Part shown: positions 13,801-27,075 of the stretch, piece by piece
How the letters are laid out: each line of letters opens with the position of its first letter
Numbering within the stretch: the stretch's first letter is position 1
From: the human T2T-CHM13v2.0 reference genome, Homo sapiens
Reading direction: 5' to 3' (one strand)
Length of the DNA stretch: 64,000 nucleotides
Assembly (NCBI RefSeq): GCF_009914755.1
Contig: NC_060931.1
The notes under the pieces: model-generated
What the model was told of the DNA's origin: nothing
The model's input: the letters and a program-made list of their open reading frames with translations, nothing else
Databases searched by the model: none
Made by a program: the position numbers and the translations under genes

Positions 13801-14686
13801 TCAAGCATCTATAGGAACTTAAACACATTTACAAGAAAAAGACAAGCAATCCCATAAAAAAGTGGGCGAAGAACACGAACCTTTCAAAAGAAGACATACA
13901 TGCAGGCCACAATCATATGAAAAAAAAAAGTTCAACATCACTGACTGTTAGAGAAATGCAAATCAAAACCACAATGGTGTACCATCTCCCACCAGTCAGA
14001 CTGGGTATTATTAAAAACTCAAAAAATAACATGCTGGTGAGCTTGTGGAGATAAAGGAATGCTTATACACTGTTGGTGGGAATGTAAATTAGTTCAATCG
14101 TTGTGGAAGACAGTGTGGAATTCCTCAAAGACAAAGACAGGAATACTATTCCACCCAGCAATCCCATTACTAGGTATACATACAAGGGAATATAAATCAT
14201 TCTTTTATAAAGTTAAATGCATACATATGTTCACTGAAACACTATTCACAATATCAAAGACATGGAATCAACCTAAATGCCCATCAATGATAGACTGGAT
14301 AAAGAAAATTAGGTAAGTATACACCATGGAATACTATGCAGCCACCAAAAACAATGAGGTCATGTCCTTTGCATGAACATGGATGGAGCTGGAGGCCATT
14401 ATCCTTAGCAAACTAACACAGGAACAGAAAACCAAATACTGCATGTTCTCACTTGTAAGTGGGAGCGCTAAATGATGAGAACACATGGACACGTAAGAGG
14501 AACAACACACACTGGGGTCTATTGGAGGGTGGAGGGTGGGAGGAGGAAGAGGATTTTACTATTGGGTACTAGGCTTAATACCTAGATGATAAAATAATCC
14601 ATACAACAAACCCCTCATGACACAAGTTTACCTATGTAACAAAACTGCACATGTACCCCCGAACTTAAAATAAAAGTTTAAAAAAA
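10878..14686 (+). mobile_element. 5'-truncated L1PA (about L1PA8-13 class), 3.8 kb, with short 5' inversion (10878-10972) and degenerate ORF2
   Basis: Endonuclease-region YAPNTGAPRFIKQVL, RT-region 'tttgcagacgacatgat' (FADD), C-terminal HCWWECKLVQ and an L1PA 3'UTR. TSD aaaattaaaatggtttt (10864-10880) / aaaattaagatggcttt (14683-14699). Many stops and frameshifts. Confidence 0.95.
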
Positions 14687-14759
14687 TTAAGATGGCTTTT
14701 CTCAATACATTATTCAATAATCTCTATAACAACTTTCTGAAAATCTATTTAGCAGGATA

Positions 14760-15960
14760 CATTGCATACACAATTGGATGCCCAGCCAAAACATATCTCC
14801 CATTTCTTTTGTACTAATACTGTGCTGATTTTGTCCAGGTATATACGAGGAATGTGCTCGGGGGAAGTGAGTACCACTGTATCCTGAGGGCAAGAATTAT
14901 ACTTGGTATAATTTACTCATGGTTAAATTCATGACCTGATGTTAGTTATGGGTTTAGTGTGGGCATGTCCTGAAAAATGAGGCATGAAAGGAAGTTCGCT
15001 CAGAAGAAATGTGTCTCCGTGTGTGTTTTCCTTCTTAAATAAAATGAAATAAAATTAACAAGATGCTGTAGAAGTATTGAATTTGCTGCCTTTGGTCAAA
15101 AGCTGTAAGGGCAGGATGACTGGAGTTATTGCAATTATTTTATGATAACAAAATCCAAAGGAATTAGAGAAGCCCTTTTAGAAGCGCTGCATGTTTGAAC
15201 TGCTGAAGTAATCAATCCTGGAAACACTTGCCATATTCCGGACAAATTTAATTGAATATTCTGTTTTTTTAGAGCAGAAGACACCTAATGGACACTCCTA
15301 CCATAGATATCTTAATTAAGATGTTATCCTACAGGCATTTTTATATGTCACTAGGTGTTTATAAATGATTAGATACTTTGTTTGAAAACAAGTTCAAATC
15401 ACGTATTTATGTGTGATAACATCTATTGTTATATAGATGTAACATTTGTTATTTTTGCCTACTTGAGCCTATTTGCCTTTTTCTATAATCTATCACCTCA
15501 ATTTTTTTTTCAAGCCACTCTGTTGTTCTTCATAGACCATGAGGATCCTGTGTAGTTGACCCTGCCCTCCCATTCGTAGGCTGGGTACATAATCTAGGAC
15601 CACATACATAGATTCGTTCAGTGATGTACAGATAAACTAAGCCACAACATCAGGCTCAATTTGGGTATTTTCACTTGTGGGGTTCTTTGAATGGCAGTAT
15701 TTTACCTAGAGCAAGTTGGTAGCCATCTTGCCACCATGAAGGGTCACAGTTTACAGGAGAATTTGCACTCAGAAAAGCATAGCTGTAGGAAGTAAAGAAG
15801 ATTCCTGATGACATTATTTGCCCTCTTGGGTCCGCACTGTCTAAAGAAGCAATAGTCCCAAACTTTTCAGTTACGTTAGTTAATAAATCCACTCTGCGTT
15901 GAATTTCTGCCATATACAATAAAAAAACAATAAAAAAAAGTCCCACCTAACACTCCTGCC
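14760..15960 (+). mobile_element. Old MaLR LTR fragments (MLT1J/K-like), probably two
   Basis: MLT1-type motifs 'gccatcttgccaccatgaaggg', 'ttcctgatgacattattt' and 'cttttcagttacgttagttaataaatcc'. Confidence 0.5.
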
Positions 15961-16436
15961 TAAAAGTCCTGCTCAGGACCTATTTCAAGAAACCTCCTTT
16001 CCTTATAATTAACTATATAAATCATACAGAATATATAGAACTGTTACAGTAACATCTTCATACTTAGATTATTACACTGGTACCTAACTAAAATAATTCC
16101 ATAGGTCTTATATTGAAATTATTGATAATCCTAGATTAGATTCATTTTTCAGCATATATTATTTATTAATTTCTTTTACTTATGGAGTTTTTAACTAGAT
16201 AGACTCATGCCTATCAATAATACACATTGTTGTTTGAAAATGATTTATTATTCTCTGTATTCACTGAATGTTAATCCTATCTTTATTCATTTAGGTTTTT
16301 TTCCCGGATTGTTGTATTTTTCTTTTTAGGCTTTTTCAGAGTTCTTCATATCTGAAGATAACATCTCTTCCATGTTTTTAATCTGTTTATGTATTGACTT
16401 TAGCACTGTGTAATGGATGATTAATTTAGTCCATCT

Positions 16437-16739
<303 letters not shown>

Positions 16740-17949
16740 TCAATTTAGTCCATCTTTTAATGCACTAGTTTAAGCTGCTATGTAAGCCATTGAGTGTTGC
16801 ATGCTAGTTATATTTTTATATTTTTAAAGTTTATTTTAATTACTTTAAAAATGACAGCTAGGACAACTATCAGAATATATGTTCAGTTGCCTCACTGGAT
16901 TCATATATTGTCAACATTTTTAACTCCTTAGGTGTCTTTCAATTTTTGCTAGCTGTTCTGTGCATTTTAATAATTATATTTTTGTATATTTTATCCATCA
17001 ATTTTAAGTGTCCTATACACCTTAAAGATAGGCGTATCTTAACCACCACTTTGCTACACCTGTTTCTTTCCAATATAACTATTATTCAGAGTTACCATGT
17101 AACTTTCAACATTGCTGATTCACTGAGGTTTTTCATGGGGTGCTTACTTTATTGGTAACAAGGTATAAAAACAGCATTTTTTTAAACTCACCTGTGATTC
17201 TATTTTCTACTTCACCTACTTACAATTTAGTTACCTTACTGCTTTCATGTACCTTTTTGAGCTACTGTAAATTTTTAATGAAGAATACAAATAAATCTAT
17301 AAAAAATACCTGTTTTTCTCTTTTTTTTTTTTTTTTTTGCAATTTACAACATATTTTTATATACGTTATTTTTGCTCTTTCCAAAACCTAGGTAGTATGA
17401 GTATTCTTTTGTGGCCAAAAAAAAATGATCCCCAAAGTGGCGATCCCTGAACTAAATCCTGGTCTAGTGCTCTTCTATTTGCACCAGACAAATTGGAATA
17501 TTCTGAATGTTTCAGAAATGTCAAACTAAAGGAATTAAACTCTACACTGAAAACCCTTTAAATTCTATCAGGGAATTCTCTAAGTGAAGGTAAGTATGTT
17601 GAAACTGATGAAAAGTGTAATTTCCCACACATTTAATTCTGACTTCTGAAGTATTTTTATTGTAATTGTTTTAAAATTTGTTTATGGCAAATAATTTCTT
17701 ATTTATCACACAGATTCACAGCATACCACTCAGTGAACATTCTGCACAGAAGCATTTTGGATAGAATTCATTCATTTACATTTAGTAGTCTAGAAGATTT
17801 GTTTTACCTATTTCAATGTGAGACGTTGCCAAAATTACAGCAGACCACTACAGAGAATATATGACAGCCTTAATATGGGGAGCTTATTTTCATTTTCAAA
17901 CAAAGTAACAGATAATGTTCTCACACTACTTAAAATGGATATTACTTAC

Positions 17950-18066
17950 AGCTGTATCTGCAAAGGTCTCTTCATAAAATGCCAACATCAGAGCAAACTG
18001 TACAACTGTATATATCTTTAATAGCTGAGATGAAGATGATGAGAAGGGAACTTCTTTGCCGGTGAC
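17950..18066 (-). CDS. AGMO: AGMO internal coding exon (likely exon 10): VTGKEVPFSSSSSQLLKIYTVVQFALMLAFYEETFADTA
   Basis: tgtctccctag|GTCACC...ACAGCT|gtaagt. 117 nt, phase 0-0. The next exon (ALSQVTLL...) was not found in 1-17949, so it presumably lies left of the window. Confidence 0.97.
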
Positions 18067-18402
18067 CTAGGGAGACAAGAACCATTTCCTTTATATTGCT
18101 CCAGACTCATTTTTCTTACTGAAATTCACACTAAGAGATATTTGAAAAAAGTATCTGCTATTTTTTTTAAAAAAAGACAAACATAATTTTTAAAAATAGA
18201 AACATGTCTAAGTTAGGAGACTTTCTCATTTTGAAAGCATTACAATTATGACGTAGTCTGCCTTAAAGAGCAGCATAAGAACTAATTCAACAATATGTGC
18301 AAATAATAAAGAGAGCCAAAATGCATGGGATGTATCTTCCCTATTTGATATGTCCACGATCACATCTGGCGGCAAAAGCAAAGTAAAAGAAAAAACAGAA
18401 GG

Positions 18403-18708
18403 TGCCAGATGTGGTGACTCACGCCTGTAATCCCAGCACTTTGGGAGGCCGAGGCAGGCGGATCATTTGAGGTCAAGAGTTCGTGACCAGCCTGGCCAAC
18501 ATGGTGAAACCCCATCTCTACCAGTAATAAAAAAATTAGCTGGGCATGGTGGCACACACCTGTAATCCCAGCTACTCAGGAGGCTGAGGCAGAAGAACTG
18601 CTTGAACCTGGTAGGCAGAGGCTGCAGTGAGCCAGGACTGCATGACTGTTCTCCAACCTGGGCAACAGTCCCAAAAGAAAAAAAAAGAAAAGAAAAGAAA
18701 AAAAAGAA
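18403..18708 (+). mobile_element. AluSx-like SINE
   Basis: Full dimer, A-rich tail, agaaggtg TSD on both sides. Confidence 0.95.
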
Positions 18709-19912
18709 GGTGATCTTGGCAGTGTAGGTAATCATGCTTCAAAGAAAAATACTATTTTATTGGAAACAACTTTTCTAAAGTTATTTATTGGAAACTTTGG
18801 AGAAGTTTTTCCAATAGACTACGTTTCTACTCTAGCATTTAAGTTTCCCCAAAATGCTACACATCTATATTTTTTAATGCAGACTCCAGCACTCACATAA
18901 CTTTAAAATACTGTACTCACTTTGAGTTATCTATTGACAAAATGAAAAATAATAAATAGATCATAGCAAACAGCTTTTTGGAGTTGAAATATAAAAATTA
19001 TTTCACCTATATCAAGTTGGTGGATTGTTGCACAATGAATTGTGAACATAAACGGAAGTGGGAAACTTATTCCTAGCGGCGTTGGTAACTGAATGAGAAA
19101 ATGTCATTATTTAGATCAGGATTTTTTCAAAATAACAGTATTTAAATAAAACATCTTATTTCCTTGAAACATCACAGGCTAACTTTTGTACACATAGTAT
19201 CATCCTTGAAATTAAGAGTAGTTTACTCTTCCTATTGTTTCTGCATTACTATACATTTATTTGATAAGAAATCACAACTTATATTCTAAATGATTAAAAA
19301 GCACCTTCTCTTTCTTCCCCAGAAGAGTAATTTTGGGTTAAAACTGAATTTTTCATTTGGGTTCTGCTGTTTTAAAGATCTTTTTTATTTTTGGTTTTCA
19401 ATGTGGTTTCTGCATTTAATTGTTCTACTCTACTATAAAATGAATATAGTTATGGTTTGACCCAAAATCCACACTGTCTTAATGTGACTTTAGATACATC
19501 TGTTCTGGGGGCCTCAGTTTTTCATGAGTGGAGTTAAGTTTAGACTGGCTCATTCCTAAGGCTCCCTCCGTCTCTAGTGTTCTAGGACTCTGTGTCTGAG
19601 CTGCATGTATTTGTGAAGTTATGCCCTACACAAAGGCAAGCGTTCAAGTCGATATGAAAACCAGCCTCTGCAGCACTGCTCCACAATCTGTGCTCCTAGG
19701 TAAAAGGCAGTGTTCACCTGGGAGAAGGCACTCCTTTAATTGGCACATAGTTGGTGGATACTCATTAAGTAAGTTATGCACCACAGGACTGCATCTGACT
19801 GGGGGAACATCTTTTTACAGATTTGCATGAAAACAGCATATGTACAGGCTGGCTGTAGACCTGACAATATGAGACAATCTTCACCATCTCCAATTCTGTG
19901 AACTCTATTTAC

Positions 19913-20047
19913 CTCTGGAATTTCTTCACTGAGACCAAGTCTTGGTTTACCTGGACCCCATCCCGGTCCCTTAAATATGACAGAAAACTTATTGAAGAAT
20001 CCAGGTGTGGCCCAGAATGTAGTCCATATGGAAAATAAGTGATGGAA
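19913..20047 (-). CDS. AGMO: AGMO internal coding exon (likely exon 9): FHHLFSIWTTFWATPGFFNKFSVIFKGPGWGPGKPRLGLSEEIPE
   Basis: ttgtttctag|TTCCAT...CCAGAG|gtaaat. 135 nt, phase 0-0, with the KGPGWGPG motif. Confidence 0.97.
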
Positions 20048-20413
20048 CTAGAAACAATAAAAAAAGAGCTTATTTCACATAAGATAAATAGGAAAGATTA
20101 AATACCAAAAGTTATGTATATTATTTTATTGTTCAAGGTAATTTACGTATTTAAAACATGTTATGCCTGATTAGAGCAACAGAAATGTGTAATTGCATTC
20201 CATGCTGTAATCTATTCTATGCACTGTATACCATTAAGTGCGTTGTTGTCAATATATCTAAAGTTCAATAAAATTATAATTTTGAAATGTAAAAACAGGG
20301 CAATTGTTTAGACAATCAGCAAAGTAGGAAAAAAATGAGTTAAGAGGCTTTGCTTCCAATGGAATTAACTAGCACCCTGTGCACTCAACATCCCTCCCTA
20401 ATGACACATTCTC

Positions 20414-20614
20414 TTTTTTTTTTTTTTTTTTCCCCAAGACAGAGTCTCGCTCTGTTGCCCAGGCTGGAGTGCAGTGGAGCGGCTTTGGCTCACTACAACC
20501 TCTGCCTCCTGGGTTCAAGTGATTCTCCTGCCTCAGCCTCCTGAGTAGCTGGGATTACAGGTGCCTGCCACCATGCCAGGCTAATTTTTGTAGTTTTAGT
20601 GGCGACAGGGTTTC
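20414..20614 (-). mobile_element. 5'-truncated Alu (right arm plus part of left arm)
   Basis: PolyT, right monomer and linker; ends at 'gacagggtttc'. Confidence 0.9.
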
Positions 20615-20746
20615 TGTTTTGGCTTTATCAGAATTTGTGATTTTGCTAGTTTTCAATGAGTTGAACCATTAAGATTATAAAAAATAATTTAAAATTGCTT
20701 AAAATATGACAATAAGGAATCTGAAGCAATTCAGAAATAATTTAGA

Positions 20747-20872
20747 ACCATTTATGCCTAGTGTTCCATTATTGGAACCCTAAGCATGTGGGTTACTTAT
20801 ATCCTACTGCTCAAGGTCATCGCCAAGCTCTAATTGGAAAAATTAAAAAAATTGCAACCTCAGGCATATGGG
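20747..20872 (+). mobile_element. MER85 piggyBac-family MITE
   Basis: ccatttatgcctagtgttccattattggaac...ctactgctcaaggtcatcgccaag...gcaacctcaggcatatggg, followed by TTAA (20873-20876). Terminal inverted repeats present. Confidence 0.88.
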
Positions 20873-21629
20873 TTAATGGAATAGATCTGAGGAATAGGTA
20901 AATGTTAGGTGGAAGCTTCGCCTGGGGCTTTGCAATAATAATAATACAGAAAACCAATGTGCGTAGAAGTTATAATGTACATTAATATACTTAATTTGTT
21001 TTGTAATTTTGGAAACTGAGTACAGTTTTGTTTCTATCATTCTGGACACAAGCCATGAGAAATATATGGTAATGTTTTAAAATAAAATATTGTTTTTCAC
21101 TTATTTATTTCCCAATGCTCTGAAAATGTGTGATGACAAAGGAGGGCAAGGTCAATGATTTACGCCTAATAATAAGGAAAACAAACAAACAAACAAAACC
21201 CTGTGTCTGTTGGGAGCCATCCTAAGTTGCTTTGATGCCTCTGCAGAATAGGTGAGAAATTTACCTGTATATAAAGGAATGGAGGTGAAAATAAGTGAAT
21301 ATTTTTCTAAGTTCAAGTATTCCTAATTATCACAACTTGCCGGCTTGACATTTCTGACAATGTAAGTAAACATGTAGAAGAGTAAACCTTAGACCCACTT
21401 GTGGCAATTACTATGCTGAAGGAAATGTGAGGGGGAAAGACCTAGAGAATTGAACCTAACAGTTTCAGCAGCTGTTCCTAAATACCTGTGATTTTCTGAC
21501 CACCATTCCTCTCAAAATACTAATCATCCCACTATGTGTGCAGCTCTTATTGTATTTAATATTCACTTTCTCATTCTGTCTCAATTATAAATGCCGTTTT
21601 CCTCAGCAAGACTGTACACTCCCAAAGCC

Positions 21630-21792
21630 TTGCTTCTGAAAGAAATCACCCATCAACTGGCAGCACTGGCATCATACAGAGGCTTGTTTAGAAAACACAG
21701 GATCTTGGACCAGACCACAGAACTACTGAACAGAATCTGCATTTTAGTAGGATTCTCTGATTCACATGAACATTAAGTTTGCAAAGCTCTGC
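21630..21792. mobile_element. MER5A-like hAT-Charlie DNA transposon relic
   Basis: 'gcagcactggcatca...gcttgtttagaaaacacag...ctactgaacagaatctgcatttt...taagtttgcaaagctctgc'. Confidence 0.7.
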
Positions 21793-22129
21793 CCCTAGAG
21801 GATAGAGATGAAGGTGTCTATCTCTTTTTTAATGACTGCAATAAGGAGACAACTCCTATATGAAGAAAAGGGAGCTTTCAGTGTACCATTTCTCAATTGG
21901 TTTTATTTACACAAAGCTTATTATTAAGAAAGGATCCAAAATATTTGCTTATATTCTCCTGAGGTGTATCATATTCTTAGTAAGTTTAATCAAGATACAG
22001 ACACAGATAGAAATGCCATATAGTTGAGAAGAAAGAAGAGAGATAACCACCTTTCTTCTTTTGGTGTACGAGGAGATAAAAATGCCTTTCACTGAACAAC
22101 TGAAGGGAATTTGTTATGGCCCTTTATGT

Positions 22130-22400
22130 AAAGAGGCAGCACTGTGTATCAGTTAAATTGAGTTAAGCAAATCTTGGGCTTAGCCTTTCAATCCACCTTG
22201 GTTAAGTTTACAGCTAACAAGTTTTCAAACTTTGGGTCAATTATTTAAATTCTGAGAACCTTGGTTTCCTCCATCAGAAAATGGGAATGAAAAGAGCCAC
22301 TACTTTATAAGGTTTTAGTAATAGCTACATTAAATATTTTTCTGCTGCGCTGTTAGCAGTGCACATAGTAGAAGCTCAATAGATGTTAACAATTTTGTTA
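22130..22400 (+). mobile_element. MIR SINE
   Basis: Core 'tgggtcaattatttaaattctgagaaccttggtttcctccatcagaaaatggga' and tail 'gcacatagtagaagctcaatagatgtta'. Confidence 0.75.
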
Positions 22401-23184
22401 TTTCAACTTTCAGTGAAACTCGAAGTAGTCTGGAAAAGCTGACCCAACATGAGCCAGTAAGTTCCTCACTTACCGAATGTTGTAACCAGTCCCCCGTACA
22501 GAGCTGTCATTGACCCACCTCTTCAGCTTTTCAAGTATTCTTATCTTTTTCTCATTTATGAGTGCCTAACCCCAGGAGTATTTGTGGTGGTCTGACTCTG
22601 ACGGATCAGAGCTTCACAGACATTCCTGATTTCTCTAGTGCCAACCATCGAGACCAATGAACAACCAGTACCACATGTCTAAGAGAAAACTGGTCCAGTC
22701 CAACAAGTCTTAGCAAGCGAGGTAATGCACAGACTTAACCAATCTGTAATAGTTCCTGACACTTGGGTCCAAGAACAGTAACACAAAGGCCTCACGATGA
22801 ATTTCTAACCAGAGTCATGCACCCTGGAAGCAAATATTTTTCTTACTGCGGGATCAGCCTTAATTATACATGTTACTATTGCTCCTACTGAATACATGAA
22901 CATATTTCAGGTCCATTCTGAGAAAGGATATGTTTAGAAGCCACTTTATTTTTCATTCTAGGCCATAGACATATTTGAAAATTACTTGTTTTAAAATGTA
23001 TTTTGCCTGATTTGATTCAAACTTTTGCTTGTGTAACAAAGAGTTATTTGTAAATTTTTTAACAGTTAAAAATTTTTTCAGGTTAGTGTAATATACTTTC
23101 ACTTTTCTACAGCTGATTTTTCTCTTAACTATAAGATTTATGAAATGCTATAAATGAAGAAAGAATAAAAAACAAGTATGTTAC

Positions 23185-23264
23185 CTGCACTTTGATTGGT
23201 TCAAATGTATTAATGGGATGTGTTAAGCCATATACAACTTTTTCATTTTCTGCTTCAAATGTCC
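23185..23264 (-). CDS. AGMO: AGMO internal coding exon (likely exon 8): (G)TFEAENEKVVYGLTHPINTFEPIKVQ
   Basis: tatcttccag|GGACAT...GTGCAG|gtaaca. 80 nt, phase 1 to 0. Confidence 0.97.
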
Positions 23265-23353
23265 CTGGAAGATAAATATAAAGATATGAGATTTGGCTTC
23301 CTGTAAAGTAAAGGAGCTGATTTAATTTTTTGATTTTAATACATTTTACTTAC

Positions 23354-23419
23354 CAAAAATTTTATCCCAAATAATAAGAACACCAGCATAATTTTTGTCT
23401 ATGCAATAACGATTTCTGC
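23354..23419 (-). CDS. AGMO: AGMO internal coding exon (likely exon 7): (G)RNRYCIDKNYAGVLIIWDKIF(G)
   Basis: tgtctcatag|GCAGAA...TTTTTG|gtaagt. 66 nt, phase 1-1. NYA...WDKIFGT motif typical of the sterol desaturase/FA hydroxylase family; also visible in ORF 23346..23555. Confidence 0.97.
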
Positions 23420-24261
23420 CTATGAGACAAAATATTAGAAATTTTTTTTCAGAAAAATAGTTATGCTTTTTGAGATACTTCCATCTTGTTTTTAGAATAT
23501 ATTCATAAAATTCAGATTTAAACAGGGTACAATTTCCCTGGGAATGTCTTCTCATTTATAACATCAGATTTTATTGTCTAATAATGGAATTTTTATTTTT
23601 CAATTAATTATACTAAAAAGGGGAAGTGTTTTCTTAAAGCTATATGCATGCTTTCTTGTCACAGTTTTTCAGTATAAAAATGGAATAAATGTAAATAATT
23701 TTTTCAGGACCATTAAAGAATAAAAATTAAGAATTAAATGATACCAAAAATTATAAATGAGAAATAAAATCAGAAAACGATGTATATAAATGTTTTTATT
23801 TTAAATTTTTGATGGGATGTCTATCCTTTTTAACTGCATCTGTTTCAGGAAGGAAATTTTCTAGAGTTAGACCTGACTAGTTTTTTTAAGATCATAAAAG
23901 CCACAGTAAAAAATAAACTACCCTTAACTTTTTCAAAACTCATATCATATGTATTTTTCCTGCCGCTAAATAATTATAATGCAAATAGCTGGTCATTATT
24001 TATTTAATACATTTTTTATAAAACTTAAGTAGACATGATGATATCCACATGACTGTAAATCTTCAGAAAAAGAATAATTAATTAACCAAGCCATTACCCC
24101 AAGAAACTCAACTATCCTGTGTTCCCATTCCTTTGCATGGTTTCCATGCATGCAACTACACATTTGAATGCACAAATACAAAGAAAAATCTCCCATAGTA
24201 TAAAAGGAGAGAGAGATTGGCTGAACAGATGCAGACACCGTTGCTATATACATGCTTTAAA

Positions 24262-24477
24262 TAATGGTTCTGAATTAGTAGGGAAGCATTTTGCCCCTTA
24301 AGGAACATTTGGCAATTTCTGGAGACATGAGTAGCCACACCTGGGAGGGGATCCTAATGACATCTAATGGGTGGGGGCCAGTGACGTTGCTAAATTTCCC
24401 ACAGTGCACCGAACATCCTCCACAACAAAGAAATATCTGTCCCAAAATGTCAATAGTGCCGACGTTGGGAAACCCTG
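24262..24477. mobile_element. MER20 DNA transposon relic
   Basis: 'ttttgcccc..acatttggcaatttctggagacat...caaaatgtcaatagtgccgacgttgggaaaccctg'. Confidence 0.85.
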
Positions 24478-24541
24478 ATATAAGCAGGCGTGGGCATGCG
24501 AAGATGAAGTCAGAGGAAGTAGCAACTGTTTCATTTGGTAA

Positions 24542-24886
<345 letters not shown>

Positions 24887-24951
24887 CTATTTCCTTGTAT
24901 ATAGAAGGAACTGCAAGTGTATAATCCCCTTGGCCTCTCCACTCCCCAATT

Positions 24952-25629
<678 letters not shown>

Positions 25630-25829
25630 CCTCCCTGGAATTGGAGAATGACTGTTGAGTTTGGAAGAGGAAACCGCCTGTGCCCTCTGATCTGGCCTCT
25701 CCCCTTCTGGGGAGTCCCCTTCTACTCGACTCCCTGCCATAAAGATAGGGACCTGCCCTTCTTGGAAAGGCAGGGCTTCAGGGATTCAGGGTTGCTGAGG
25801 AAGACTGGAAACTTATAGAAACAGAACAA

Positions 25830-26090
25830 TAGCATTTACTTATGTATTCATTTTACTGGCTTCCTTCTCCCAGTATTGTTTGTGAGATTTATTCATGCCC
25901 TTGCATGTAGCAATGGTTTGGGCATTTTCATTGTTATATCCTTCTCCATTACATGTATAATATAAGATTTATCTATTCTACTGCTGAAAAACATTTGAAT
26001 TATTTCTATTTTTTCTATCACAAATAATGATGATATGCACATTGCTATATAGGGCTTGGGGTACACAATGTAAACATTTTTGTTGTTACT
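25830..26090 (-). mobile_element. Old L1M(E) fragment
   Basis: 'gtgagatttattcatgcccttgcatgtagcaatgg...ttatctattctactgctgaaaaacatttgaattatttc' matches antisense L1M ORF2 end/3'UTR. Confidence 0.65.
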
Positions 26091-26620
26091 TAAGTTGGTG
26101 TCTTTAAACGTTAGGCACTTGTCACTTGGGATTTTCTCGTCAGGGAAACGCAGCTTATACTGAGATTGTTCAAGGCCTTAGCCAGGAAGGTGAAGTGTTG
26201 TTTATTGGGCTCTCCTTAAATCAAAACAGTTTTCAAGACCACTAACTCTCTGACTATAGATAGGAATGACCTTCAGCACTGGGTCAAGAAGTAGCCTTTG
26301 ACAGAATCCTTTAAAACATAAAATGTGTATTTCCTCAGCTGGTTAACTCATTTTCTACAACAGTGGAGCTAAGATTTAGGTAGAAAGAAAAATCCAAAAG
26401 TCAGATAGATAAATCCCCCTACCCCACCCCACCCCACCCCACCAGTTCATACTTTGGAGATGAGGCTTGTACCAAAGAAGATAGAAAAGAAGAAACTATT
26501 ATTTATTTGTAAAATGTGTGCTGACTATATTGGGAAATTGTGATTAAATGAGATTAAGGAAAATAATAATGCAATTTTTAGAGAAATGAAGAAAAGAGAG
26601 AAGAAACAAAACTTCCTTAC

Positions 26621-26687
26621 CATGATGAACCCTATGATGGCTAGGAGTATTAAGAATCAGTTCCAAAGGACCAAGGTTATTGATGAC
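26621..26687 (-). CDS. AGMO: AGMO internal coding exon (likely exon 6): VINNLGPLELILNTPSHHRVHH(G)
   Basis: ttttaaacag|GTCATC...CATCATG|gtaagg. 67 nt, phase 0 to 1. Contains the HHRVHH histidine box. Confidence 0.97.
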
Positions 26688-26884
26688 CTGTTTAAAACAG
26701 AAGGAATATTTATACATGTAGTTATCATTAAATGTGTGTTAGTATATAAATGCTCACATTAGAAACTCACATAAATTAAGAGATATTGCGAATTTCAGGG
26801 TTGGTATCAGAGAGTGGAAAAAAGTTCCACTGAAATCTGGAATTCATATAAAGACAATAGTAATCTCAAAACTCTATTCTGAGA

Positions 26885-27075
26885 CGTGGCATGGTGAGTA
26901 TGGTGTTGTGGTTAAGAGCTAGACGACTTTCAGTTCAGCTCCAGGAACCTCCACTTACTACTGTGTGATCCTGGGGAAACGACTAGGTTTTCATATCTCA
27001 ATTTTCTCATCTTTAAAATGGAAATAGTAACATATCTACATAATAACGTTGTTCTGAGGATTATGAATGTTACTG
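26885..27075 (+). mobile_element. MIR SINE
   Basis: 'gtggttaagagc...ctccacttactactgtgtgatcctgggg...tctcaattttctcatctttaaaatgg'. Confidence 0.8.

Noticed and set aside
10972-14316. L1 ORF2-like ORFs suggesting an active reverse transcriptase
   Set aside because: The element is 5'-truncated with an insertion, a deletion, frameshifts and stops; it is a dead copy.
17488-17589. Possible antisense exon (ttgcaccag|...AAG|gtaagt)
   Set aside because: Isolated splice-like pair with no partner exon or promoter evidence; expected by chance in 64 kb.
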